A DNA stretch of 62,357 nucleotides, counting the filler. It is 5 parts of 5 records of this genome, joined end to end, with 100 filler letters (N's around TTAATTAATTAA, not from the genome) between each part and the next. Parts side by side here need not be neighbours in the genome. Positions count along the whole stretch, not along the records: positions 20,138 to 25,420 come from DRR723986_25593; positions 25,521 to 48,251 come from DRR723986_25629; 3 more parts are not named here. One strand, 5' to 3'. The position numbers and the translations under genes were made by a program. Each line of letters starts with the position of its first letter. Within the stretch, counting starts at the first letter, position 1. Below, piece after piece: positions 20,138 through 29,571 of this stretch. Below the pieces are notes generated by a model. It did no database searches. It had not been told where the DNA came from and worked only from the letters and a program-made list of their open reading frames with translations.

Positions 20138-21251
20138 CCAGCACCATGAAGATGCCGAACCAGACCTTGTCGAAGCCCGCCGCCTCGACCAGCGGCAGAA
20201 CCACCGGCAGGGTCGTCGCGATCATGGAAAACCCTTCGAGCGCGGTGCCGAGGATCAGGTAGAGCAGGATCAGCGCGCAGATCAGCGCCACCGGTGGAAG
20301 GTTCCAGCCGTCCACCATGGAAACGACTGCCGCCGGGATACCCAGCGTCGAAGTGATGTTGCCGAGGATCGACGCGCCCATGATGATGATCCCCATCACC
20401 GAACAGGTCTGCACCGCGCCAAGCACCACGTCGCGCAGTTGCCGCCAGCCGAGCGCACCCTGCGACAGCGACACGAGGAAGGCCCCGACCACGCCGAGCG
20501 CCGCGGCCTCGGACGGGGTGGCGATGCCGCCGTACATCGATCCCAGCACGCAGAGGATCAGGAACAGCGCCGGGGCGAGCTCGCGCAAGGCCGCCAGCCG
20601 CTGTGAGAACGGCATGTGGCGCATGGCACGCTCGGCTTCGGGCACCATCTCGGGGCGCATCTTGGTTCGGATCATGATGAAGGCTCCGAAGCTCGCCGCC
20701 AGCAGCAGCCCCGGCAGGAAGCCGGCGGTGAACAACCGCAGCACGGATTCGTTTGCCAGTACGCCGTACATGATCATCACCGTCGAGGGCGGGATCAGGA
20801 AGCCCAGCGTCCCGGCCCCGGCGAGCGAGCCGATGGCAATCTCGGGGGAATAGCCGCGCGCCAGCAGCTCCTTCAATGTCATCCGCCCCACCACCTGCGT
20901 GGTCGCCGCCGATGAGCCGGAGATGGCGGCGAAGATCGAGCAGCCGACGACGTTGACATGCAAAAGCCGCCCCGGCAGCAGCCCCGCCCAGGGCGCGAGC
21001 CCGGTGAAAAGGGCTTCGGAGAGACGGGTGCGGAACAGGAATTCACCCATCAGGATGAAGAGCGGCAGCGCCACGAGGTCGGGCGTCGTCAGCACGTTGT
21101 AGATGTACTGCGGAAAGAGGCGGTCCACCGGCAGCCCGGTAAAGAGCGTCGCGAGGCCGATCGCCGTGGTCAGCAGCGCGATGCCGATCCAGGTGCCCGC
21201 AGCCAGCGTGCCGAAGAGCAGCCCGAAGAGGCCGGAAATGATAGCACCCAT
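20138..21251 (-). CDS. dctM: TRAP transporter large permease DctM (3' truncated)
   Basis: ALPLFILMG, FAAISGSSAAT, AGTLGFLIPPS, ATPSEAAA, DKVWFGI. Confidence 0.93.
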
Positions 21252-21278
21252 GGTCAGGTCCTTGTAATGTCTGGACGA

Positions 21279-21857
21279 TCACTCGATTGCGCTGGCTGCG
21301 CCAAGCGCGGGATCGTCGATCGGGGCACCGCAGAGCGCGGTGATGAGGCGGGCGACCATCTGGAAGGCCAGAACGCCCATGCCAAGCGTCAGCACTGCCT
21401 GCGGTATCCACAGCGGGGTGAAACTGTCCTGGCTGACCTCGCCATAACCGTAGGTGCGCAGCGTGAACCGCGCGAGCCAGAGCACCAGTGACACGGTGAT
21501 CACCGACCCCAAGGCGGCAGAGACGATTTCGAGCAGCCGCGCCCAGCCGGGCCCACCTGCGCGCATCAGCAGCTCGACCCGCAGTTGCAGCCCCGCCCGA
21601 AGCGTCAAGCCTGACCCGAGAAGGAAGGCCGCGCCCATGAGGTAGGCGCTGTATTCCCAGCCGATGCCGGTGCCCGACGGCACGAAGGCGAGGAAGCGGC
21701 TGAAGAAGGCCAGGAGGATGTCGAGCAGCACCAGCATGGTCAGCCCGACGATACAGGCCCCGGCGGCCCAGGCCGCCGCCAGCGCAACCCGGTCCGCAGC
21801 CCCTTGCAGGGCTGCGGCGAGGCGCACGAAACCGGTGGGGTTCACCGCATCCGTCAT
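21279..21857 (-). CDS. dctQ: TRAP transporter small permease DctQ
   Basis: Four hydrophobic segments, WEYSAYL, TPLWIPQ; between dctP and dctM. Confidence 0.88.
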   Translation of the reverse strand: MTDAVNPTGFVRLAAALQGAADRVALAAAWAAGACIVGLTMLVLLDILLAFFSRFLAFVPSGTGIGWEYSAYLMGAAFLLGSGLTLRAGLQLRVELLMRAGGPGWARLLEIVSAALGSVITVSLVLWLARFTLRTYGYGEVSQDSFTPLWIPQAVLTLGMGVLAFQMVARLITALCGAPIDDPALGAASAIE

Positions 21858-21858
21858 C

Positions 21859-22848
21859 TCAGTTGGTCGTCTTCGAGGCGCGGTAGGCTTCGACGATCGG
21901 CAGGGCCTGCGGCACGCGTTCGAAGAACTCGGCCTGCACCGCCGTGGCGCGTTCGGCGATCTGCGCCTTGAGCGTGTCGCTCAGCGGGACCAGCGTCATG
22001 CCGTTGTCCTGCATGGTGGCTATGGATTTCAGGTCGCCATCGCGCGACACGTCCCAGAAGCCCGGCTCGAGCTCTGCCGCGACCTTCATGATCGCCTCCT
22101 GGTCCTCGGCGGAAATGGCGTTCCACTTGTCGAGGTTGATGGTCACCGCGTTCGACCCCCAAGTGTGGTTGGTCGGGTAGATGTGGTCGAGGAATTCCCA
22201 GAACTTGCCGTCCACACCCGAGGTGGCAGAGGTGGCCACCCCGTCGACCCGGCCCGAGGCCAGCGCCGGCAGCAGCTCGCCCCAGGGCATCACGACCCCG
22301 GCCATGCCGATGGCGGTGATGATGTCGACGGTGTTCTTGTCTGCGCCGCGCACCGGGATGCCGCGGAAGTCCTCGATATCCTTTACTTCTTTCTTGAGAT
22401 AGACGTACTGCGCCGGCGACGGCACCATGTAGAGGATTTTCTGGTTGTACTTCTCCGCCAGCGCCTCGAGCTCGGGGCGCAGGAAGGCGTGGTAGTCGTG
22501 CAACTCGTCCATCGAGGTGATCAGGAAGGGCACGCCCTCGGCGCCGAACATCGGGTTCAGGCCGACCTGCTGCGAAATGTTGATGTCGGCCATGTCGACA
22601 AGGCCATCGCGCACGGCGGCCAGTTGGTCCGGCCCCTTGAAGCCAAGCGCACCACCCGCCGCGACCGAGATGGTCACCTCGCCATCGGTGGCCTTGGACA
22701 CGGCATCAGCAAAAACCTTGGCGTTTTCGACCATGAAATTGCCATCCGGCAGAACGTCCGACAGCACCAGTTTCGTTTCGGCATGGGCACCGCCTGCCAG
22801 CGCGATGGCCGCCACGGTCCCGAAGGCAAGTTTCCTGAACATCGACAT
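21859..22848 (-). CDS. dctP: TRAP transporter periplasmic substrate-binding protein DctP
   Basis: Start reassigned to ATG 22848 (AAGGAG RBS; signal peptide MSMFRKLAFGTVAAIALAGGAHA); GGALG, AVRDGLVD, PWGELLPALASGRVDG. Confidence 0.9.
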   Translation of the reverse strand: MSMFRKLAFGTVAAIALAGGAHAETKLVLSDVLPDGNFMVENAKVFADAVSKATDGEVTISVAAGGALGFKGPDQLAAVRDGLVDMADINISQQVGLNPMFGAEGVPFLITSMDELHDYHAFLRPELEALAEKYNQKILYMVPSPAQYVYLKKEVKDIEDFRGIPVRGADKNTVDIITAIGMAGVVMPWGELLPALASGRVDGVATSATSGVDGKFWEFLDHIYPTNHTWGSNAVTINLDKWNAISAEDQEAIMKVAAELEPGFWDVSRDGDLKSIATMQDNGMTLVPLSDTLKAQIAERATAVQAEFFERVPQALPIVEAYRASKTTN

Positions 22849-23071
22849 GTCTGTCTCCTTGTTGGCCCCCGGTCTTTCTTGTGCTGCCGCGTGGCGGCTT
22901 ATATCAGACCCGCCGGGAAGTTTACCTGTCTGTGATGTCGGAGCGTAAAGGCAGGTATTCCCGGCACAAAAGACCACTTCGTTCTGACATGATCGCGTTT
23001 GACTATGGTTCATCCCGCGCGGTTTGCCGTTAGATTGCCTCACCTGTCGCCTTGAAACGAGGAGGATCCCG

Positions 23072-23989
23072 ATGGACATACGTCGGCTGCACGCCTTTGC
23101 AAAGATCGTGGACATCGGGTCGATCACCCGTGCCTCGGTGATCCTGAACATCGCGCAACCGGCGCTCAGCCAGCAGATCGCGGCGCTGGAAACGCATTTC
23201 GGCAAGCCGCTTCTGGTGCGCTCGAAACGCGGCGTGGTGCCGACCGAGGCGGGCAAGGTGCTGTACCGCCATTGCCAGATCATCCTCAAGCAGATGGACC
23301 AGGCAGAGCTGGAGGTGACCGTCTCGACCGAGGAATTGTCAGGTTTCGTATCGGTAGGGATCGCCGCCCTGAGTCTCGGTCCGGTCCTGGCGACGCGCTT
23401 CCTGGTTCGGGCCCGCGAGGAATTTCCGGGCATCGTGCTCTATATCAACGAAAGCGTGGGCGGCGGCGCGATCAGCGAACAGATCATGGCCGGCAAGATG
23501 GACATGGCACTGATCTACGATCCCGGCGACCTGCCGGGCCTAAGTTTCGAACAGGTCCGGACGGAGGAACTGTTCCTGGTCACCCGCCGCGATCTCGGGT
23601 CGGAGGCCGACGAAGTGACCCTTGAAGAGGCAGTGGCCGAACCGCTGATCCTGCCGAGCCGCGTCCACACCGTGCGCCAGGTTCTGGAAACCGCGTTGAT
23701 CCGTTCACGACTGAAGGCGACGGTGGTGGCGCATACGGAATCGATCTCGGTTCTTGCCGGGGGGATCCAGGAGGGGCTCGGTGGCACCATCCTGCCCTAT
23801 TCAGCGGCGCTTTCCGCGCGAAAGCGCCTGTCCGACGCCCGAATCCACCGCATTCGCAAGCCGAACATGAAGGTGACCATGGCGATCTGCACCTCGGCGC
23901 AGCTTCCGCAATCCGAACCTGCGCGTGCGATCCAGAGCCTGCTGGTCGAACTGTCCGAAGAGATTAACCGGCCTGTGCCCACGATCTGA
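23072..23989 (+). CDS. LysR family regulator, Nac-like
   Basis: Start at ATG 23072 after GGAGG; MDIRRLHAFAKIVDIGSITRAS..LNIAQPALSQQI..LE..LLVRSKRGVVPTEAGKVLY closely recalls enterobacterial Nac. Confidence 0.85.
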   Translation: MDIRRLHAFAKIVDIGSITRASVILNIAQPALSQQIAALETHFGKPLLVRSKRGVVPTEAGKVLYRHCQIILKQMDQAELEVTVSTEELSGFVSVGIAALSLGPVLATRFLVRAREEFPGIVLYINESVGGGAISEQIMAGKMDMALIYDPGDLPGLSFEQVRTEELFLVTRRDLGSEADEVTLEEAVAEPLILPSRVHTVRQVLETALIRSRLKATVVAHTESISVLAGGIQEGLGGTILPYSAALSARKRLSDARIHRIRKPNMKVTMAICTSAQLPQSEPARAIQSLLVELSEEINRPVPTI

Positions 23990-24213
23990 TTTCCAACCAG
24001 ACGCCGCGTGTGGTCTCCACCGGAAAAAGCGAATGGAAGCAGAGTTCGCTTTCTATCCTGCTCCGTCGTCGGCGGCCATCTGCGCACAGCCGCCATCCAT
24101 GCACATTCCCGGAATAGCTGCTTGGAACGTGCGGCCTGAGAGGTGGGGGCAAACCGTGAGCCTTCGGTACGCAGTGTACCCAACTGGATGCGGCTCGTGC
24201 ATTGACTTGTCGT

Positions 24214-25420
24214 TCAGCCGCGGAGACCACCAGATCGACGGTAAGTGCGGCGGGCCGGATCGTCGAGGGCACGGGCCACCGCGAGGAGCATGGCCTCGGT
24301 GCCGTGGTCGCCGACGAGTTGCATGCCGGTGGGCAGTGCGCCTTCCGGCGCGACCGGGAAGGCCATCGCGGGCAGACCTGCGGCATTGACCCAGCCCGTA
24401 TAGACCGCGTGGCCTCTCGGCCCGGCGGGTTTACCGTCGATGGTTTCGGGAAAGGCCTCCGACGCGGACCAAGGCGGAGCGGCAGCGGTCGGCATCAGCA
24501 CCGCGTCATGGCCCCAGAGACCGCGCACGGCTTCGCGCAAGGCAAAGACTCGGGTCAACGCCTCGTAGAGGTCGACGGCGCTCCGCGACGCGCCCCGCGC
24601 GGCCATCTCCCGGTATTTCCCGGCCGCGCTGTCCATCACCGCCGGATCGTTCGATGCCAGATGCGCGAGGCCGATTTCGGCCAAGCCGGCCCAGACTTCG
24701 CCCAGCGGTCCGAGATCGAGCGGAAGCGCATCCTCGATGACATCATGCCCAAGGTGCCGCAGGCGTTCGACGGTCTCGGAGAACAGCGCGAGGATCTCCG
24801 GATCGCAGGGCGCATTCCCCATGCGCCCGACAGCGAGGATTCGGAGCGGACGTTCGGCAACTTCGGGCAGCGGCGCGAGGACTGACTGGAGCAGCGCAAG
24901 GTCGCGGGCGGAGCGGGTGATCGGACCCACGGTCTCGAAATCCAAGAGCACCTGCCGCAGCCCGCCGCCGCGTTGCACGGTGCCGATGCCGGGCTTCAGC
25001 CCCCAGAGGCCGGTGTAGCCTGCGGGCCTGCGGATCGAGCCTCCGCCATCGGTGGCAAGGCCCGCCACAGCCATGCCCGAGGCCACCGCCGCGACGACCC
25101 CGCCCGACGATCCGCCCGGTGTCAGCCTTGGATCGAAGGGGTTGCCCGTGACGCCAAAGGTCATGTTTCCGGTGTAGCCTTCGACCGCGAATTCCGGCGT
25201 GTTGCCCTTGCCCAGCACGATGGCCCCGGCGCGGCGCAGGGTGGCGACGGGCGCTTCGTCCTGCGTGGGTATCCGCGACGCCAGTTCCGCGTTGCCCCAG
25301 GCGGCGGGCAGCCCGGCGGAGACGAGGTTGTCCTTGATGATGACCGGCAACCCGTCGAGCGGCCCGAGCGGCGCAGCGCTGGCCCAGCGGTCGCGGGCGG
25401 CCTCGGCCAGCGCCAGAGTG
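24214..25420 (-). CDS. Amidase-signature family enzyme (5' truncated)
   Basis: GPLDGLPVIIKDN (catalytic Lys), GGSSGG, TDGGGSIR (Ser-cisSer-Lys triad); frame open to the contig edge. Confidence 0.92.
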
Positions 25421-25520
25421 NNNNNNNNNNNNNNNNNNNNNNNNNNNNNNNNNNNNNNNNNNNNTTAATTAATTAANNNNNNNNNNNNNNNNNNNNNNNN
25501 NNNNNNNNNNNNNNNNNNNN
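25421..25520. other. Artificial contig linker
   Basis: N44-TTAATTAATTAA-N44. Confidence 0.99.
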
Positions 25521-25550
25521 TCTGGGCGGCAAGTTGTTCTGGGCGGCAAG
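25521..25550. repeat. Short direct repeat at contig start
   Basis: TCTGGGCGGCAAG at 25521 and 25538 (17-nt period). Confidence 0.7.
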
Positions 25551-25575
25551 ATCTCCTAGCATTCCGATAGCGCAT

Positions 25576-25604
25576 AAAAAACGCTTCTCGAAGCCGAGAA
25601 GCGT
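25576..25604 (-). terminator. Rho-independent terminator of the Ig-repeat/dockerin gene
   Basis: Perfect 10-bp stem ACGCTTCTCG/CGAGAAGCGT, 4-nt loop, T-run on the minus strand. Confidence 0.85.
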
Positions 25605-25638
25605 CTAGTTACGATTCTTGTCGTTGGGCTAGAGGCGT

Positions 25639-28600
25639 TTACATGCCCCAGTCTTCTTGCTCGAAGATCTCATCGATTGCTTCGAGGTAGTTTGCAGCAG
25701 AAACGATTGGCGGTGTTGCCAGGTTCACTTCGGTCCAGTCGAGTTGGTCCATTGTGCCCAAGACTCGAACCAAGTAGTTGCCTTCCGCGTCGCGAAGTTT
25801 GACAAACTCTGTTGAATCAAGAACGGCCGAGAATACTTCTTGAGCACCGTTGACGACTGTCATGATGAGCTCATAGCCGTCATCCGAAAGGACTGCTTCT
25901 GCGTAGCTGACGTCCTCGAATCCAGCCATAAGGCTTGACCATTGGAGCGTGTTGTCACTGCCAAGCGAGAAGAAGGCACCGGATGCTGTGTTCGTGCCGT
26001 TGTTATAACGTGAGGCCATCTGGTCCAGGATGCGAGCACGTCGCGATTCAATTCCCAGCACACCAAAGTTATAGCCAGAAGCGTCCGCACCACCTGGCTC
26101 AGCAACGTTCACGGTGAATTGGTTATCAACGGAGTCACCATCACCAAGTGGTCCGGCAATGTCCTGACCGTCGATGGTAAACTCAGGCAAGGAGAAGCTA
26201 ATAACGTACTGGCCAGGGCCCAGGTTCTCGAAGTGATAGCTTCCGTCGGAGAGTGTTCGGACGCTTTGAGGTTCAATGGTTTGACCAAGCGAAACGCCGG
26301 TGATTGTTACGTGTACTCCGCCAACTCGGAGTTCCTCGATGTCCGCTTCGCCATCGCCATCGATGTCAAAGCCTTCCATGGAGCCATCGTTGTTCTCGTC
26401 CATCCAGACTGTGCCGGAGATGGTCGTCGGCAGGAATTCCTCAACTGTCACATTAACCGTGCCCGTCGACTGGTCGTCGCCGCCACCATTGTCCTGAAGA
26501 GTGTATTCAAAGGACGCGTTGCCGGTGAAGTCTTCAGATGGGGTGTAAGTGATTGTTCCGTCATCGTTGAGAACGACGGTACCGTTGGTCGCGGCCGTCG
26601 CTGCTACAGCGATGATCGAAAGCACTTGGCCGGACTCGTCAGCCGGTCCAGGTGAGTCGTTTTCGAGAAGATCATCAACCGAGATAACTTGAGGGTTGTT
26701 CTTGAAAGCTCGAACGCTATCCGTGCCCGCGGTCGGGGCATCGTTTACTGGCGAAACCGAAACGGTCACTGTGCCAACTGCGGTCGCACCAAGCTGGTCA
26801 CGAACTGTGTACGTAAACTCGTCCGAGCCGTTGAAGTCAGCCGGTGGAGTGTAAAGCACGCTGTCGCCGCTGAGAGTGACCGTTCCGCCAGCAGTTGAAG
26901 TTGCGGCTACTGCCGATACCTCCAACGACTGGCTGCTCTCGTTGGCAGGTCCAGGCGAATCATTTTGCAATAAGACTGAGGTCGCGATGGTCGCAGCCGT
27001 GTCTTCTGATGTCGACGCGCTGTCGGCGCCTGCAATTGGATCATCGTTTACTGCTGCGACATCGACAACGACGGTCGCAGTTCCAGAATCGGATGGATCG
27101 CCGTTGTCAGTTGCGACGTAGGTGAAAGTGAAGTCGCCGTTGAAGTCGTCTGCCGGAGTGTAGATTACGTTGGTGCCATCAATGCTGACACTTCCTCCGC
27201 CAGCGGTCACAGCGGATACGCTTGTGAGCGAGAGGGTTTGTTTGCCATTCTCGCCAGCACCTGGGCTGTCGTTCGAAAGCAGGGAGGAGATTGCGATTGT
27301 CGACTGCGTATCTTCTGTCGCTGAAGCGGTGTCGTCGGTCAGCTCAACGGGGTCGTTCACATCGGTAACAGTAATCGTAACCGTTCCGGTCGAATCAACG
27401 CTGCCTTCTGCAGTATCGTTGATCGTGTAGGTGAAGATATCCGTTCCGAAGAAGTCGGCATTCGGAGTGTATAGAATTGTGTCGTCAGAGGCATCAGCAG
27501 TGCCCTGGTCGTCAATCGAAACCGTGCCATTTGCTGGTTGCGTCGTGATGCCCACAAGAACTGTGACTGCACCGTCGTTTGCGCGGTCATTATCGAGTAC
27601 ATCGATAACATTGTTCGTCGAATCTTCGGCGAAAGTTGGGCGGTCCGTTCGAGCTCGCGGAAGCACGGTTGGTTCGACTTCAATGGTTACCGTTGCGGTA
27701 TCATCGAGTCCACCGCTGTCCTCGATCGTGTAGTCGAAGGTTTCAGTGCCAACAAAGTTTGGATCTGGTGTGTAGATCAGGCTTTGGCCATCAGCGGCAA
27801 TCTGGACACTTCCGCCGTTACTTGGCGTGGTGACGGCCGTGATCGTCAAAGTGTCGCCAGGTTCATTCGGGCCTGGGCTATCGTTGAGCAGCACATCAAG
27901 CGGGTTATTGGTCGTTTCCTCATCGACGCTAATCGAGTCATCAGCCGCAATTGGATCATCGTTGACCGGAGTCATCGAAATCGTGACAGTTGCGGATGAT
28001 CGCAGACCAGTGCTATCTTCGACGGTGTAGGTGACTGTATCGGATGCAGTGAAGTCGGCAGGAGGCGTGTAGGTGAAGCCGTCGAGCGTGCCCTGCGTGG
28101 TGCCATCGATTGAACTGACGCTGACAACGGTCAGTGTTCGAGGTTCGGTGACGGTGTCATTGCTTGTTAAGTCTACTGAGCCGCCGACCAAAAGGATCGG
28201 AGTATCTTCGAGGGTCGTCACGGAGTCGTCGACCGCAGTTGGAGCGGTCGGATCAATGATGACCTCCACTGAAGCGGTACCGTAACTGATCATTGACGTC
28301 GGAATTGGGTCATTAAAGTCATATACCGACACGACGCTCTGTGGCTCATCTTCGTGCGCATTGAGGACGAAGTTCACGTCGCCCGCTTCCGTTGCAGTGA
28401 AATCTGCAGAGAAGAACAAGAGCACTTGGCCACGCGGATCTGGTGGGGTCAAGCCGCCGAAGGAACCAATCTCGTTGAGGAACTCATCCGCTTCGTTGCC
28501 AGCCTCTCCGCCTTCTCCGCGTCGTCCATTTTGATAGAACGAACCAAAGGAAATTCCGTCGCGGACACTGCCGTCAGTATCCAGTTCTACTCGTGCAAAC

Positions 28601-29115
28601 TCGGGAATGCCTACGTCAATTGCATTCTGGAATACGCCCGTCGGACCGGTCGCTCTCGTGTCTTGCACAAAAACATTGAGCGTGAAAGATTGGCCCAAGA
28701 CCACTTGAGAAACCGGAGCACCTTCGGCGTTCGTAATCTCAGCGGTGTACGTGACGATCGGCGATACTTCCCCCTCGCCGTTGAGCATATTGATGACGAG
28801 CAGGGCATCTAGCGGGGATAAGTGACCATCACCGTTGACATCGATGTACGCGCCCGTGTCGGGTTGATCAGAAAGTTCGCGAGGGCCCGCGTTATTCAGC
28901 TCATTAACGACCAGCAAAGCGTCGCGGGGAGAAACGTTGAAGTCGTAATCAACGTCCTGAGGAATTAATGGGTTATGGAATGGTACGGCAGCAACATCGC
29001 CCGCCAAGAGCCTCCGGCCTTCGAGGCCTTCTAGATGAAGCTTGCGGAGTCGGTCTTTTCGCGTCCGTGGCGACTTCTTGTTTCTACCGAGCATTTTTCC
29101 GAGTTCTTTCTTCAT
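25639..29115 (-). CDS. Planctomycete extracellular protein: LExRxLL motif, dockerin, cohesin-like domain, six cadherin-like/Ig repeats, SdrD B-like domain
   Basis: Likely start ATG 29115 (MKKELGK); LEGLEGRRLLA; DVDYDFNVSPRDALLVVN and DVNGDGHLSPLDALLVIN; repeats of NDxPxAxxDxxxxxED..YTPxxDFxGxxxFTY; ISGTVWMDENNDG. Confidence 0.85.
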   Translation of the reverse strand: MKKELGKMLGRNKKSPRTRKDRLRKLHLEGLEGRRLLAGDVAAVPFHNPLIPQDVDYDFNVSPRDALLVVNELNNAGPRELSDQPDTGAYIDVNGDGHLSPLDALLVINMLNGEGEVSPIVTYTAEITNAEGAPVSQVVLGQSFTLNVFVQDTRATGPTGVFQNAIDVGIPEFARVELDTDGSVRDGISFGSFYQNGRRGEGGEAGNEADEFLNEIGSFGGLTPPDPRGQVLLFFSADFTATEAGDVNFVLNAHEDEPQSVVSVYDFNDPIPTSMISYGTASVEVIIDPTAPTAVDDSVTTLEDTPILLVGGSVDLTSNDTVTEPRTLTVVSVSSIDGTTQGTLDGFTYTPPADFTASDTVTYTVEDSTGLRSSATVTISMTPVNDDPIAADDSISVDEETTNNPLDVLLNDSPGPNEPGDTLTITAVTTPSNGGSVQIAADGQSLIYTPDPNFVGTETFDYTIEDSGGLDDTATVTIEVEPTVLPRARTDRPTFAEDSTNNVIDVLDNDRANDGAVTVLVGITTQPANGTVSIDDQGTADASDDTILYTPNADFFGTDIFTYTINDTAEGSVDSTGTVTITVTDVNDPVELTDDTASATEDTQSTIAISSLLSNDSPGAGENGKQTLSLTSVSAVTAGGGSVSIDGTNVIYTPADDFNGDFTFTYVATDNGDPSDSGTATVVVDVAAVNDDPIAGADSASTSEDTAATIATSVLLQNDSPGPANESSQSLEVSAVAATSTAGGTVTLSGDSVLYTPPADFNGSDEFTYTVRDQLGATAVGTVTVSVSPVNDAPTAGTDSVRAFKNNPQVISVDDLLENDSPGPADESGQVLSIIAVAATAATNGTVVLNDDGTITYTPSEDFTGNASFEYTLQDNGGGDDQSTGTVNVTVEEFLPTTISGTVWMDENNDGSMEGFDIDGDGEADIEELRVGGVHVTITGVSLGQTIEPQSVRTLSDGSYHFENLGPGQYVISFSLPEFTIDGQDIAGPLGDGDSVDNQFTVNVAEPGGADASGYNFGVLGIESRRARILDQMASRYNNGTNTASGAFFSLGSDNTLQWSSLMAGFEDVSYAEAVLSDDGYELIMTVVNGAQEVFSAVLDSTEFVKLRDAEGNYLVRVLGTMDQLDWTEVNLATPPIVSAANYLEAIDEIFEQEDWGM

Positions 29116-29222
29116 TACTGAGCCCAAAAGACGTCCAGTGGCTTGCAAAGTAATTCGCTGTTGGCGACAGAAGAGGCCGCCCAAGATAAGCGCATGAAAA
29201 GGGGAAACGTTTCAAGCTGTCT

Positions 29223-29251
29223 AGATTAGTCAAGACAGGAGGTTTTTGCAA
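29223..29251 (-). promoter_or_regulatory. Possible sigma70-type promoter for the 25639-29115 gene
   Basis: Minus strand TTGCAA-N17-TAATCT. Confidence 0.3.
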
Positions 29252-29571
29252 TTAAGCTAAACGGGGTTAATTGGGCGTGTTTCGGAATAAGTTCTTCGAC
29301 GCTGAAATACCCGACGAGCCGCCGAAAAAGGCACAATCGATACAGGGCCGCACCTTAGAGCCGGGCGAAATCCTAAAAGTTCCGCAGATAGACGGGTTTC
29401 CCCTAAAGCTGTCGGGCATTCGAACAGGGCAGGCCGCCTAACTTCTCCAGGCCTCCCAGACCCTTCGCTTTTGAGCAAAGTTGAGGCTTCCAATGCTGGC
29501 TTCGTAAGACTCGGTAGTCTGAAAAACCGAGTGAGAACGCCAAAGCCAAGCACTCTTGCCAACCCAGCGGT

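Noticed and set aside
23024-23039. Sigma54-like element upstream of the Nac-like gene (TTGCCGTTAGATTGC)
   Set aside because: Lacks the invariant GG at -24
21664-23433. 423-aa plus-strand ORF over dctQ/dctP and the 524-aa extended version of DctP
   Set aside because: The first is an antisense shadow; the extension overlaps the LysR gene, and the true start with RBS and signal peptide is at 22848
13688-29115. Functional link between the TMTC-like transferases and the cadherin-like repeat protein (eukaryotic TMTCs mannosylate cadherins)
   Set aside because: They lie on different contigs from different phyla, so the proximity is artificial
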